From NCBI GenBank assembly GCA_963662485.1, contig OY759581.1, positions 1,488,001 through 1,552,000 of the forward strand: a DNA stretch of 64,000 bases, read 5' to 3'. This document shows, one piece after another, positions 18,676 to 28,664 of the stretch (the first letter of the stretch is position 1; the number at the start of each line of letters is the position of its first letter). This DNA is from Dehalococcoidia bacterium. Lineage in GTDB: Bacteria > Chloroflexota > Dehalococcoidia > Lucifugimonadales > Lucifugimonadaceae. A program made the translations under genes and the position numbers. Below the pieces are notes generated by a model that was given only the letters and a program-made list of their open reading frames with translations, was not told where the DNA came from and did no database searches.

Positions 18676-18794
18676 ACGCAGCCGGTTGCCGAGATTCGCC
18701 CTTCGAGGACGGATAATCTACCCTACAATCTTGCAGAGTGCAAATTGTCTTTCCCGGCGTCAACGTGTGCGCCGCTAAAGTTTCAGGGGTTTTT

Positions 18795-19565
18795 ATGCGC
18801 GTTCATAAATCGATAGCTTTCACGGTCGGTCTCGCTCTTGCGCTGGCAACGGTACTCGTGATGGCGTGTTCGTCGCCGGAGCCCACACCAACGCCGGTTC
18901 CGACGGTAGCACCGACACCGACGCCTACACCGTCGCCTAAACCTACGCCAACACTGGTACCGCTCACCCCGAACCAAGTTATTGAAAACGCCATCGAAGC
19001 GCTGGAAGATGCGGGCAGCCTCTGGTTCGTTTTGAATCACGACCACGGCTTTACCGAGGCTTTGGGTGGGCTCGAACTCCAATACGTAGAGGGCGCGATC
19101 AACGACTCTGGTGCCAGCATCCGTGCCGAAGCGAACCTCGGACGCATCTACATCGAGGTCGAAGCGTTATTGATCGGTGAGGATACGTGGTTCACCAATC
19201 CTTTGACCGGTCAATGGGAGTTGATGTCGGTCGAAGACAATCCGATCGGTTTCCTCGACCCGATCGGTGCCGTGCGTGGTGTCTTGGAAGGTCTGCCCGG
19301 CGCGACGTATCTTGTACAACCGACTGCCGATGAAGATTACAAAATCACCTCGTCGATCAAAGCCGAATCGCTCAAACCGTTGATCGGCGAAGCGATATCC
19401 GACGGCGTCGGTGTCGCCGAGGTCGTAATCGACCATGACACTTTTCAGTTGAAATCGGCGCGGATCGCGGGCTCCATGCAGTTGTCAGACACGGATCAAA
19501 CGGTTCGGATTATCGAGATCAGCCGATACGGCGAGAAATTCGTCATCGAACCTCCCACTCAATGA
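18795..19565 (+). CDS. LppX/LprAFG-family lipoprotein (LprG-like)
   Basis: Starts at ATG 18795 (MRVHKSIAF...). It has a lipobox (LVMAC) followed by a TP-rich linker. The C-terminus ISRYGEKFVIEPP resembles my recollection of the mycobacterial LprG end (SKWGEKVQVTKPP). Confidence 0.7.
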   Translation: MRVHKSIAFTVGLALALATVLVMACSSPEPTPTPVPTVAPTPTPTPSPKPTPTLVPLTPNQVIENAIEALEDAGSLWFVLNHDHGFTEALGGLELQYVEGAINDSGASIRAEANLGRIYIEVEALLIGEDTWFTNPLTGQWELMSVEDNPIGFLDPIGAVRGVLEGLPGATYLVQPTADEDYKITSSIKAESLKPLIGEAISDGVGVAEVVIDHDTFQLKSARIAGSMQLSDTDQTVRIIEISRYGEKFVIEPPTQ

Positions 19566-19587
19566 GCTCAATTCGAGAGCGAACCTA

Positions 19588-21060
19588 ATGAAGTGGGTTA
19601 AACGCGGGGTTTCTCCCTACCTGCTCTTCCTGCCGCTCTGCTACGGAGTCTTCATCGCGGCCGACGATCTGACGCTTGTCGTCACGATCCTGCCGGATAT
19701 GATGCAGAGCTTGAAGATTCCGGTCAACGACGTGACGCGCGCCAGTTGGCTGGTTATCTGTTTCCTGATCGGTTACTCCGCGACGATGCCCATAATGGGG
19801 CGACTCTCCGACCGCTGGGGTTACCGTCCGGCGTTTCTGTTGGCACTCGGCGTCTTCATGCTGGGATCGGTCGGCGTTGCGTTGGTCCCAACAATCGGCG
19901 ACGCTTTGGAAAAACTCCCCTGGATCGATCAATATCGTTGGGCGATCATTGCGCGTGTTGTTCAGGCAATCGGCGCGGGTGCGGTTATCCCGATCTCGCT
20001 GGCGGCGGCAGAATCGCTCGTCGGCAAGCAACGGCGCATCGTGGCTTACGGGCTGGTTGGAGCGTCCGCCGAAGCTGGTAGCGTCTTTGGTCCCGTCTGG
20101 GCCGGCGCGATCGCCGACTGGATCGGTTGGGAATACACGTTCTTATCGAATGTCCCGCTAGCTCTGATCGCGGTTATCGCTCTCGCATACTTGCCCAAAG
20201 GCATCCGCCACGACACGTCAGTCGATTGGATAGGTGCCGCGGCGTTCACCCTTGCGCTAACCGCACTGACGATCGGATTGTTCAGGATCACCGAGCCTGA
20301 CCTCGCAATGGTGCTACTGTTCGTCGCCGCGGCATTGTTCGCCGCTGTAATCGTGGTGTCGAACCGTGCCGCGAGCGTTAAAGCCGTGCCGCGTTCTTTG
20401 GGCAAACTCAAAGATTTCATCTGGTCGAACGTCACACATTTCCTCGTGGGCGCGGCACTGATGATCGGTCTGGTCTCCGTACCGCTACTTGCCGGCACAG
20501 TCTACGGACTATCGGCGCTCGATTCTGGTCTGCTTTTGGTGCGAATGACAATCGCGCTTGGCGTCGCGGCATTTGTCGGCGGAGTATTCGCCACTCGGTA
20601 CGGAGTTCGAATACCGACGCTGTTGGGATTGGCAATCTCGGCTCTCGGTTTCTATCTGTTGTCAACCTGGGGACTCGAGGTGCAGGAGCCACGCGCCTCA
20701 ATCGATTTGGCCTTAGTGGGTATCGGACTGGGTTTAGTCGTCGCGCCGATCGCGGAAAGCGCGCTCCGACGCGTACCGGAGGAGGATCGCGGCATCGCGT
20801 CTGGCTTGCTCACGCTATCCCGCAACATCGGCATGACCGCCGGATTGGCAATCGTTGCATCGCTAGGCGCGGAGCAGTTCCTTACGACGGCGCCGAACTT
20901 AGACGAACTACTAACCAACCCAGACGCTGCGAACCAAGTCGGACTAGACGTCTTCCTCAACTTTTTCCGTCAAGCCGCCGCCGCCTGCGTCATCGCCCTG
21001 ATACCTGCTTGGTTTATGACCCGTAACTATGGTGTCGAGAAAACAGCGAACGCCTCTTGA
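19588..21060 (+). CDS. MFS transporter, DHA2-like (about 14 TMS)
   Basis: 490-aa polytopic ORF with an MFS motif A-like GRLSDRWGYRP. It starts 22 nt after the lipoprotein gene. Confidence 0.9.
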   Translation: MKWVKRGVSPYLLFLPLCYGVFIAADDLTLVVTILPDMMQSLKIPVNDVTRASWLVICFLIGYSATMPIMGRLSDRWGYRPAFLLALGVFMLGSVGVALVPTIGDALEKLPWIDQYRWAIIARVVQAIGAGAVIPISLAAAESLVGKQRRIVAYGLVGASAEAGSVFGPVWAGAIADWIGWEYTFLSNVPLALIAVIALAYLPKGIRHDTSVDWIGAAAFTLALTALTIGLFRITEPDLAMVLLFVAAALFAAVIVVSNRAASVKAVPRSLGKLKDFIWSNVTHFLVGAALMIGLVSVPLLAGTVYGLSALDSGLLLVRMTIALGVAAFVGGVFATRYGVRIPTLLGLAISALGFYLLSTWGLEVQEPRASIDLALVGIGLGLVVAPIAESALRRVPEEDRGIASGLLTLSRNIGMTAGLAIVASLGAEQFLTTAPNLDELLTNPDAANQVGLDVFLNFFRQAAAACVIALIPAWFMTRNYGVEKTANAS

Positions 21061-21124
21061 CACCACATCCCATATCGCCGTGATACATTGTTAGCCACTG
21101 AATGACTTTAGTGAGGTTGAACCA

Positions 21125-22066
21125 ATGACCCGACGAGACCCGTCAACATTCGAATCGTCAGTGCGTCGTCCCGACGACTTTGACGAATACTGGGCCGAAA
21201 CCGAAGCGGCAACGATGGCAATTCCGTTGAACCCGCGCCTCGAGCCCGATCCGTTGCGTTCGACGCCACAGGTTGAAGTGTTTGAAGCGCGTTACGACAG
21301 CTACGGCGGTTTGGAGATCGCCGGGTGGTATTGCCGGCCGCGCAACATCAGCGGTCAACTGCCCGGCTACCTCTTTGTACCGGGCTACGTGAGCGAGCCG
21401 AAATTGCCGACCGATTTGGCGATGAGAGGTTACGCTGCGTTTTCCGCCGCACCGCGCAACAAACTGCGGAGTAACTCCGTCTTCAACCCGGGCTATCCGG
21501 GCCTCCTTACGCATAACCTTGATAAGCGGACGGAATACGGCTATCGCGGGTTCTACATGGACGCGATTCGAGCGTACGACTTTCTCAGCGGTCTCGACGA
21601 GGTGGATTCGTCGCGGATTTGCGTGCAAGGCGGCAGTCAAGGTGGCGCGCTAACGTTGCTTGTGTCCTCCCTCCGCGCAGGTCAGGTGGCCGCTGCGTCG
21701 GCCGGTGCACCGTACTTATGCTCGATGATGGACTCCGCGTCGCTTACTCGTTCGTACCCGTACGAGGAGATCAACGACTACCTCCGGCTTCACCCAGATC
21801 GCGAAGATGCCGCGCGGGACACCCTAGACCTGCACGACATCCACAATTTTGTTGACAAGATCGAGTGTCCGATCATCGTCAACATCGGTTTGATGGACGA
21901 CGTATGCCCGCCTGAAACGGGTTTCGCGGTATTCCGTCAAATCGGCAGTGAAGACAAGAAACTCTACACCTACGAGGATTGCGCCCACGACTCCGGCTCC
22001 GGCGTCGGACACGACAAGGTGTCGCATGAATTCCTCGCAGGACACCTTAACCCGGTCGCGTTGTAA
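21125..22066 (+). CDS. acetylxylan esterase / cephalosporin-C deacetylase family (AXE1)
   Basis: 313-aa ORF with the nucleophile elbow GGSQGG and the downstream GLMDDVCPP and CAHD blocks. Confidence 0.85.
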   Translation: MTRRDPSTFESSVRRPDDFDEYWAETEAATMAIPLNPRLEPDPLRSTPQVEVFEARYDSYGGLEIAGWYCRPRNISGQLPGYLFVPGYVSEPKLPTDLAMRGYAAFSAAPRNKLRSNSVFNPGYPGLLTHNLDKRTEYGYRGFYMDAIRAYDFLSGLDEVDSSRICVQGGSQGGALTLLVSSLRAGQVAAASAGAPYLCSMMDSASLTRSYPYEEINDYLRLHPDREDAARDTLDLHDIHNFVDKIECPIIVNIGLMDDVCPPETGFAVFRQIGSEDKKLYTYEDCAHDSGSGVGHDKVSHEFLAGHLNPVAL

Positions 22067-22090
22067 TCGTAATCGCGAACGTCAACGCCC

Positions 22091-22972
22091 ATGGAGAAAT
22101 CAACTATGAACGAATACTGGTCATCACGCGTCGCGGCGGCAATCGATGCTGCCAAAGGCGATGTCTCAATTGAAGCGTTACCAATCCGCTCCAACGAGAC
22201 CTCAGACGCGTTCTCGGTTCGCTTCAATGGCGTCGGAGAATATCCGCTGTACGCCTATTTGCACGTACCGAAATCTGAAGGTCCGCACGTCCCGCTCTTT
22301 CAGGCGCCGGGCTATGGCAGCGTCGTCGCTGTGCCGGCTTACGAGCGCAGAGCCACCTACGTCGTCATGGCACTTTGCCATCGCGGTCAGCGGTTGTCGA
22401 CCTCTGGCGGCTATAACGCGGCGTATCCGGGTCTACTGACCGACGGTCTGCCGGGTGCAGATACCTATGTGTGGGGCGATGTCGTCTCGGACTGCATAAC
22501 CGCCGTCCAGATTCTGCTCCAACAACCAAACATCGACGCGTCGCGTTTGGCGATTTCAGGCGGCGATATGGCGTTGTTGACCGCTTCGCTGATCGAAGGC
22601 GTTCATGCATTGCAGACCGCAGGTTTGATGTTCGCCGACATCGAGAGTCGAATGCAGGGCGACCCGGACTACCCCATCGCCGAATTCAACGACTTCAAAC
22701 GTTCGCACCCGAATGCTTGGGGCGAAGCGACCGCTACCCTCGCCAACTACGATCCAATGGCCCACGCGGGCAGCATCGACGCTAGCAAAGTCATGCTTTC
22801 GACCAGCGCGGCGGAAAAGGACTACTACGACGGGCTAGCCTCGAAACTGTCTGGCGAGACCTTTGTCCGCGTCAATCTCGGCAAAGGCCACCTCGACCAC
22901 ATCGCCCAAGAAGAGTGGCTCGCAGACACTTGCGGCGTAGAGCCGGGCCCCGCGCACTACCCGAGACCTTGA
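22091..22972 (+). CDS. AXE1-like alpha/beta-hydrolase paralogue with a degenerate nucleophile motif
   Basis: 293-aa ORF collinear with the upstream AXE1 gene. GGSQGG is replaced by SGGDMAL, and the Asp-loop block is not recognisable. Confidence 0.65.
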   Translation: MEKSTMNEYWSSRVAAAIDAAKGDVSIEALPIRSNETSDAFSVRFNGVGEYPLYAYLHVPKSEGPHVPLFQAPGYGSVVAVPAYERRATYVVMALCHRGQRLSTSGGYNAAYPGLLTDGLPGADTYVWGDVVSDCITAVQILLQQPNIDASRLAISGGDMALLTASLIEGVHALQTAGLMFADIESRMQGDPDYPIAEFNDFKRSHPNAWGEATATLANYDPMAHAGSIDASKVMLSTSAAEKDYYDGLASKLSGETFVRVNLGKGHLDHIAQEEWLADTCGVEPGPAHYPRP

Positions 22973-23310
22973 TGGAAGAGTTCGTCGCCAAAGAACCGCT
23001 GATCCTCTTCGAGATCGGCAAAGCACTTTCCGAGGGTCGCGTCCTGCCGGAAGCGGTCGAGGGATGGTGGGTCCTTAATCCCAATCGCGCGGAAAATTAC
23101 CGTCTTGTGCTTGGTAAAGCATCAGGAGAGGTCGTATGCGCGTACCGACCGCTCCCGGGTTCGTGGCATCAACGTGACGATGGTCGATGGGGCTTTACCT
23201 CAATACGCGCCGACGACGTGTGGGACGATTACGTAGGCAAAGCAGTGCCTGACCGATACCGCGGCGGACAGAACCCAGTCCGGTACATCGACGAGAGTCA
23301 TCCCGGTTAA
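22972..23310 (+). CDS. hypothetical protein (112 aa)
   Basis: The ATG at 22972 overlaps the upstream stop (TGATG). I recognised no family. Confidence 0.5.
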   Translation: MEEFVAKEPLILFEIGKALSEGRVLPEAVEGWWVLNPNRAENYRLVLGKASGEVVCAYRPLPGSWHQRDDGRWGFTSIRADDVWDDYVGKAVPDRYRGGQNPVRYIDESHPG

Positions 23311-23320
23311 AAGACTCGCG

Positions 23321-24994
23321 CTAACCGAGTTCCAAACCTAGTTGCTGCCCGTCGGTTTGGCGGCGTTCGGCGCTCAATCGTCCTAAGCCGTAGTCGTTGC
23401 TGTCTACGTAGATCATGGCGTCGGCGATGGCGCGATGGCCGGCTTGGCTGCGGATCAAGTCGTGCATCTTCAAGCAGATTCGGCGGTAGTCGGTGTGCCC
23501 CGATTCGCCCGTCCTGAGTTCCAGCATGTGAAACGCCTGCCGAGCGTTCATCTGAATGTTGTAGCGGATGCGGTAACCGAACGGCACGACGTATTGGGCT
23601 ACGTCCTCACCTAATGCGCTTTGGATATCTTGGTAGAGCGCGGACATCTCCGCCATCCCATCATGCCAACGATCCTTGACAGCGCCGCCGATATCGTCAA
23701 TCTCCGGCGGCGTGGCGTAACCATGCAAAGGCGAGAGTTTCTGCCAATCAATCGTCATCATGCGGTGTCGTTGCAGGTCTCGGAAACTGCCAAAGTCTGA
23801 AAGCACGTCGAAACGGTAGTAGACACGCTCCATGCCGCGCCCTGGCTTGTGGCGACGGTTTCGACGCTCGCCGACGTATGCCGAAATTACTTCGCGTCGC
23901 TCATGATCGCTCATCGCGAAAACACGCTGAATTAGTTGCTCTTCACTGACGTTCGCATACGGATACAAAGCTGCGGCGGCGATCCGTATCTCTGCGTCCG
24001 GGTCGAAATCGACGAGCCGCACCTCATCACGATTGATGTCGAACGTTGCGTTTGGATCTGGATCAGAGATAAGTCCATCCGCTACTGATTTCATTGCAGA
24101 GGTGACATCGCCAAAGTACTCGCTCCACGCTACGCCGCGATCCTCCACATCTACACGTGCCAGAAAACCCGCGATTACCTTTCGCAACTCGCCGAGCATC
24201 ATCGCCGAGTACTCCCGAGATTCCGCCAATTGACTAGCGTTCATTCGCATCAACATCGACTCATACGCTTGACCGCTGGCGTAGACACCGATGTTGGAGG
24301 TCGTCGCGGCGGGCAATAACCCGCGTGCGGCGTCGCAGGCACGGGCCCGCGTCGCACGACTGTATGCCGCTCTCCCCTCTTTCGCACCACGCGGGAACCG
24401 TTCTTGGAAATACCCGGTCATCGCTGAAACCACGTACGCATAGTGGTCGAAAAGACGATTCATTGCGGTTTCGTAGACGCCCGCTAGATCGCTACCAGCG
24501 ATTTCAGGCGGAATCTGGTAGCGGAAACGTTCGATACCGTCTGCACTTTGCAGTTTTTCGTCGAAGCGGATGTAACGCGTGCTTTGTTCGAGATAGGCGG
24601 CAAGTCGACCGCGCTCGATCACTTTCGCCAAGATCGCCGAAACTTGCTCACAAGCGAGGTGCGCGCCACCCAACTGCGCTACCGAGTCGTCGCCGTACTG
24701 GACGAAAACTCGCTGGTACAGCTCTTCCGCACGCCGCCGCGCCGCATCGTCGCCATCGCTTTCAATCTGTGCCGCTTGGTCCGAAATCGCCTCAATCCCG
24801 ATGTCCGGCTGTGCGTAGAACTCATCCAGAAAGAGTCGCCGCAACGACTTGTGCGTCCGGCTGTAGCGCGCGAACAGCGCGCCTTTGACAATCTCCGGCA
24901 GATTGATGACTGCGAAGACTGGCAGATCGGTGTTAGTGAAGAATCGGTTCAGAATCGACCGTTCTTCGTCGGTGAATGACTCGCGGGCGTACAC
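23321..24994 (-). CDS. thyX: long-form FAD-dependent thymidylate synthase (ThyX-like, two-domain)
   Basis: 557-aa ORF with a GTG start. The C-terminal half carries LQRHRMMT and MNARQAFHMLELRTGESGH, which parallel the ThyX blocks RHR... and NAR..L.LR...H. Confidence 0.7.
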   Translation of the reverse strand: MYARESFTDEERSILNRFFTNTDLPVFAVINLPEIVKGALFARYSRTHKSLRRLFLDEFYAQPDIGIEAISDQAAQIESDGDDAARRRAEELYQRVFVQYGDDSVAQLGGAHLACEQVSAILAKVIERGRLAAYLEQSTRYIRFDEKLQSADGIERFRYQIPPEIAGSDLAGVYETAMNRLFDHYAYVVSAMTGYFQERFPRGAKEGRAAYSRATRARACDAARGLLPAATTSNIGVYASGQAYESMLMRMNASQLAESREYSAMMLGELRKVIAGFLARVDVEDRGVAWSEYFGDVTSAMKSVADGLISDPDPNATFDINRDEVRLVDFDPDAEIRIAAAALYPYANVSEEQLIQRVFAMSDHERREVISAYVGERRNRRHKPGRGMERVYYRFDVLSDFGSFRDLQRHRMMTIDWQKLSPLHGYATPPEIDDIGGAVKDRWHDGMAEMSALYQDIQSALGEDVAQYVVPFGYRIRYNIQMNARQAFHMLELRTGESGHTDYRRICLKMHDLIRSQAGHRAIADAMIYVDSNDYGLGRLSAERRQTDGQQLGLELG

Positions 24995-25050
24995 GGTGCG
25001 TCAATCTTCGCACAGCAACGACACGCCAGACGACTTTACCTAATCCCGCT

Positions 25051-26343
25051 TCACAGGATCAGCCGCAAGGGGCGTTCGAGGTTGTCTTTGACCTCGTTCA
25101 GCAGCACGGCGGCTTCTGCGCCATCCCCAACGCGGTGATCCGCGGAAACCGTGGCGTTCATCACCTGTCGAACAACGATCTCTCCGTCTTGCACGACGGG
25201 AGTCGGCTTCACCGCGCCGACGGCTAGGATGCCGGATTGCGGTGGAACGATGATCGCGGCGAACGTGTCGATGCCGAACATGCCAAGGTTCGAGGTCGAG
25301 AACGTGCCACCGGTCAGTTCTTCCTGCGTCAGCGTGCCGCCGTCGCCGCGGGCACGTCGACCCAAGTCTTTCGACGCGTTGGCGATATCGACTAGCGACA
25401 TGTTCTCCACGCCAATCAACGCGGGGACGATCAAACCGGCTTCAAGCGCAATCGCGACGCCGATGTTCACGTTGTCGTGACCAGCGAGACGGTCATCCTC
25501 GAATGTCGTGTTCCATTTCGGGTGTTTCACGATAGCCATAGCCAACGCTTTGATAATCATGTCGTTGACCGAGACCCGTACGCCCGATTCGGCGAGTTCA
25601 GCGTTCAGCTGCGCTCTGAACGACATCGACTCGGTCATATCCACGCCGGTAGTCACGTAGTAATGAGGTGCTTCCGTCTTGCTGCGAACCGTTACGCGGG
25701 CGATGGCTTGACGCATCGAGGAAAGTTCGATGTCAGAGCCGTCGAACTGAACCTTTGGAGATGCGGCGCCAACCCCTGACGGCGCGAATGCGGGCGCGGG
25801 CGTGAAACCGAGAACGTCGTCGCGGGTTATTCTGCCGCCGGGACCGGTTCCCGGGATCGCGGCGATGTCGTAACCCTTTTCCCTAGCCAGACGGCGTGCC
25901 AACGGTGACGCCTTGATCCGGCCGCCTTCTACCGTCGGTGCAGGTGGCGCGGGTGCTGGTGCCGCGACTTCAGCAACTGGCGCGGGTTCAGGTGCGGAAA
26001 CTGTGACTGGTTCGGGTTCTGCCGCGACGTCCTCAACTTCAAGTTCCGGTTCTTCCGCGGGTTCAGAATCGTCAGAATCGTCGGCGATTTCGGGCAACTC
26101 GTCATCTGCATCACCGATATATGCGAGCAGTGAACCTACCGGCGCCCTAGTCCCATCGCCCAGTACGATCCGACGCAAGATGCCGGCGTTGTATGCCTCC
26201 ATCTCGACGACGGTCTTGTCAGTCTCGATCTCTGCGAGCTTGTCGCCACGCGCCACATCGTCGCCCTCGCTCTTCAACCACTTCACGACGGTGCCTTCCG
26301 TCATGTCGGCACCCATCGCTGGCATCGTGACTTCGTGGATCAA
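25051..26343 (-). CDS. dihydrolipoamide acyltransferase (E2) of a 2-oxoacid dehydrogenase complex
   Basis: Lipoyl domain (EIETDKTVVEMEA), an Ala/Pro linker, a subunit-binding domain (ASPLARRLAREKGYD) and a catalytic domain (DHRVGDGA). The start is TTG. Confidence 0.9.
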   Translation of the reverse strand: MIHEVTMPAMGADMTEGTVVKWLKSEGDDVARGDKLAEIETDKTVVEMEAYNAGILRRIVLGDGTRAPVGSLLAYIGDADDELPEIADDSDDSEPAEEPELEVEDVAAEPEPVTVSAPEPAPVAEVAAPAPAPPAPTVEGGRIKASPLARRLAREKGYDIAAIPGTGPGGRITRDDVLGFTPAPAFAPSGVGAASPKVQFDGSDIELSSMRQAIARVTVRSKTEAPHYYVTTGVDMTESMSFRAQLNAELAESGVRVSVNDMIIKALAMAIVKHPKWNTTFEDDRLAGHDNVNIGVAIALEAGLIVPALIGVENMSLVDIANASKDLGRRARGDGGTLTQEELTGGTFSTSNLGMFGIDTFAAIIVPPQSGILAVGAVKPTPVVQDGEIVVRQVMNATVSADHRVGDGAEAAVLLNEVKDNLERPLRLIL

Positions 26344-26403
26344 CTGTAATCTCCTAGCTCTTCGGGATTGTCGATAGTTGGTAGTTCGAGATGATTGACA
26401 AAA

Positions 26404-27387
26404 TCAGAACGCGATGATTTTACGGGCAGCGTCCACTACCTCGTCGGCATCGGGCAAGATGTCTTGCTCCAAACCTCGGTTGTAGGGCCACGGCACATCT
26501 TTGGCACCGATACGCTTAACCGGGCCGTCTAGCCAATCCATCGCGCGCTCCTGGACCTCGGCGACGACTTCGGACATGATGCCGCCGGTGCGCCGCGCCG
26601 TGTCGAGCATGATCGCCCGGCCGGTTTTCTGAACCGAACCGACGATCGTTGCGTAGTCGATTGGGCTCAACGATCGTAGATCGATTATCTCGGCGTCGAT
26701 ACCACACGCTGCCAACTGTGCGGCGGCGTCTTGCATGATGTGAACACCGTAGCCGTAAGAAACGAGCGTCAGGTCGTTGCCCTCTTGAACGACATTAGCC
26801 TCGCCGAAGGGGATTTCGTAGTAATCGTTCGGCACCTCGCCTTGAGAACCGTAGAGGTGCGAATGCTCCGCAAAGATGACTGGGTTGTCTGACTTTATCG
26901 CCGTGCGAAGCAGACCTAACGCGTCGTGCGGGTTAGACGGACAGGCGCAGTACATGCCGGGCACCTCGGCGAGCCACGTCTCGAAACTCTGCGAGTGTGT
27001 CGCTCCCAACTGCACGCCGGCACCCGTCGGTGCACGAATCACCATCGGCACCTTGACCTGCCCGCCAGACATGTAGCGGATATTCGCCGCCATGTTCACG
27101 ATCTGATCGAACGCTACGAGGGAGAAGCTCATCGACATCAACTCGACGATGGGACGCAGTCCTACGGTTGCCGCGCCGATACCCGCGCCGACGAATGCGG
27201 CCTCGGAGATCGGGGTGTCTTTGATGCGCTTGTCGCCGTACTTTTCAAGGAAACCTTTGGTTACCGAGTAGGCGCCGCCGTATTCGCCGATGTCTTCGCC
27301 CATGATGAAGACGTTTTCATCGGTTTCGATAGCCTCCGCGAGACCCTCAGTAATCGCTTCTCGAATCGATATCGTTCGTTCAGTCAT
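26404..27387 (-). CDS. pdhB: pyruvate/2-oxoacid dehydrogenase E1 beta subunit
   Basis: 327-aa ORF whose start (IREAITEGLAEAIETDENVFIMGEDIG) is typical of the transketolase-like E1 beta family. Confidence 0.9.
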   Translation of the reverse strand: MTERTISIREAITEGLAEAIETDENVFIMGEDIGEYGGAYSVTKGFLEKYGDKRIKDTPISEAAFVGAGIGAATVGLRPIVELMSMSFSLVAFDQIVNMAANIRYMSGGQVKVPMVIRAPTGAGVQLGATHSQSFETWLAEVPGMYCACPSNPHDALGLLRTAIKSDNPVIFAEHSHLYGSQGEVPNDYYEIPFGEANVVQEGNDLTLVSYGYGVHIMQDAAAQLAACGIDAEIIDLRSLSPIDYATIVGSVQKTGRAIMLDTARRTGGIMSEVVAEVQERAMDWLDGPVKRIGAKDVPWPYNRGLEQDILPDADEVVDAARKIIAF

Positions 27388-27413
27388 GGCGTCTACGCTT
27401 GGTTTCGCGTCGA

Positions 27414-28502
27414 TCAGGCGTAAACATCGTCCGACGCTTCGGACAGGTCGGGATTCGGGCTCGATGTGGCAAACTCGACCGCGGCTTCAATCGTCGCGTC
27501 TACTTTCGCCGAAATGCCGTCTAGCAGTGCCTGATCCGCCGCGCCGGTGTCCAGAAGCGTCTTCGGGTAGGTTACGAGCGGGTCGCGTTGACGCCAAAGA
27601 TCGACCTCGGAGCGTTGTCGATACTGATCACCCGGGTCCGCGAATGAGTGCCCGACGAATCTGAACGTCTTCGCCTCAATAAAAATCGGGCTACCATGAG
27701 CCCGAATTTCGTCTACTGCTTGCTGTGTCGCCTCGCGTACCGCGAGTACGTCCATGCCGTCTACCGATACCGTCTTCATGTCGTACGCGCCTAGCGCATC
27801 GCTGAAATCGGCACCGCGTAAGCGGACACGTCCAACGGCAGAGCCCATGCCATAGAGATTGTTCTCCATGAAGAAGATGATCGGCAACTGCCACACCGAA
27901 GCGAGATTCAGCGTCTCGTGGAACGTTCCCTGATTGGTAGCACCGTCGCCGAAAAAGACCATCGTAACGGCGTCGGATTCTTGATATTGCTGAGCCAGCG
28001 CGATGCCGGCGGCAAGGGGCAATTGAGCCCCGACGATGGCATGACCGCCCATGAATCCCTTCGCGGCATCGAAAATATGCATCGAACCGCCCTTGCCCTT
28101 GCTCAATCCCGTTCGTTTGCCGAACATCTCCGCCATGATGCGGTTGGTGTCTAGGCCGCGTGCGATGGCGTGCCCATGGTCGCGATAGTGGGTGACGATG
28201 TAGTCACGCGGCTCAAGTGCGCTGATGGCGCCGACGCCGGTGGCTTCTTGCCCGATGTAGAGATGCAGGAAGCCTCTAACGTTGCCCAGAGAATAGTGTT
28301 GTCCGCAAGTTTCCTCGAACCGTCGGATCAGCAACATCTGCTGATACATCCTCAAGAGTTCGGCAGAATCGATGCCGTCGGAGAAGGCGGCGGTGCGATC
28401 CGGATCGTATCCGTTGGATGCTGCAGTGTTCGATGAAGGGCGCGGCGCGGCAGACCTGACTATGCCGGCAGTGGCGATCCTAGGTTTTTCGGATAGTTCC
28501 AT
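27414..28502 (-). CDS. pdhA: pyruvate/2-oxoacid dehydrogenase E1 alpha subunit (TPP-dependent)
   Basis: Carries the E1 alpha blocks FFGDGATNQG, YRDHGH and GHS. I chose the ATG at 28502 (MELSEKP...) within the tracked frame 27414-28556. Confidence 0.9.
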   Translation of the reverse strand: MELSEKPRIATAGIVRSAAPRPSSNTAASNGYDPDRTAAFSDGIDSAELLRMYQQMLLIRRFEETCGQHYSLGNVRGFLHLYIGQEATGVGAISALEPRDYIVTHYRDHGHAIARGLDTNRIMAEMFGKRTGLSKGKGGSMHIFDAAKGFMGGHAIVGAQLPLAAGIALAQQYQESDAVTMVFFGDGATNQGTFHETLNLASVWQLPIIFFMENNLYGMGSAVGRVRLRGADFSDALGAYDMKTVSVDGMDVLAVREATQQAVDEIRAHGSPIFIEAKTFRFVGHSFADPGDQYRQRSEVDLWRQRDPLVTYPKTLLDTGAADQALLDGISAKVDATIEAAVEFATSSPNPDLSEASDDVYA

Positions 28503-28664
28503 ATTCGCGGACTTTTCCGCCCATTCGGCAGGATTCGCAAAACAACGTTGGCGCAACCAACGATTCTATACCATCGCCGAATTGCGCTGGGTTGTGCGAA
28601 GACGGCGGCACCAACGGGCAAAGCGGTGGCATCTACCGGACGGGCATCGAAATCCGAAAACAAG

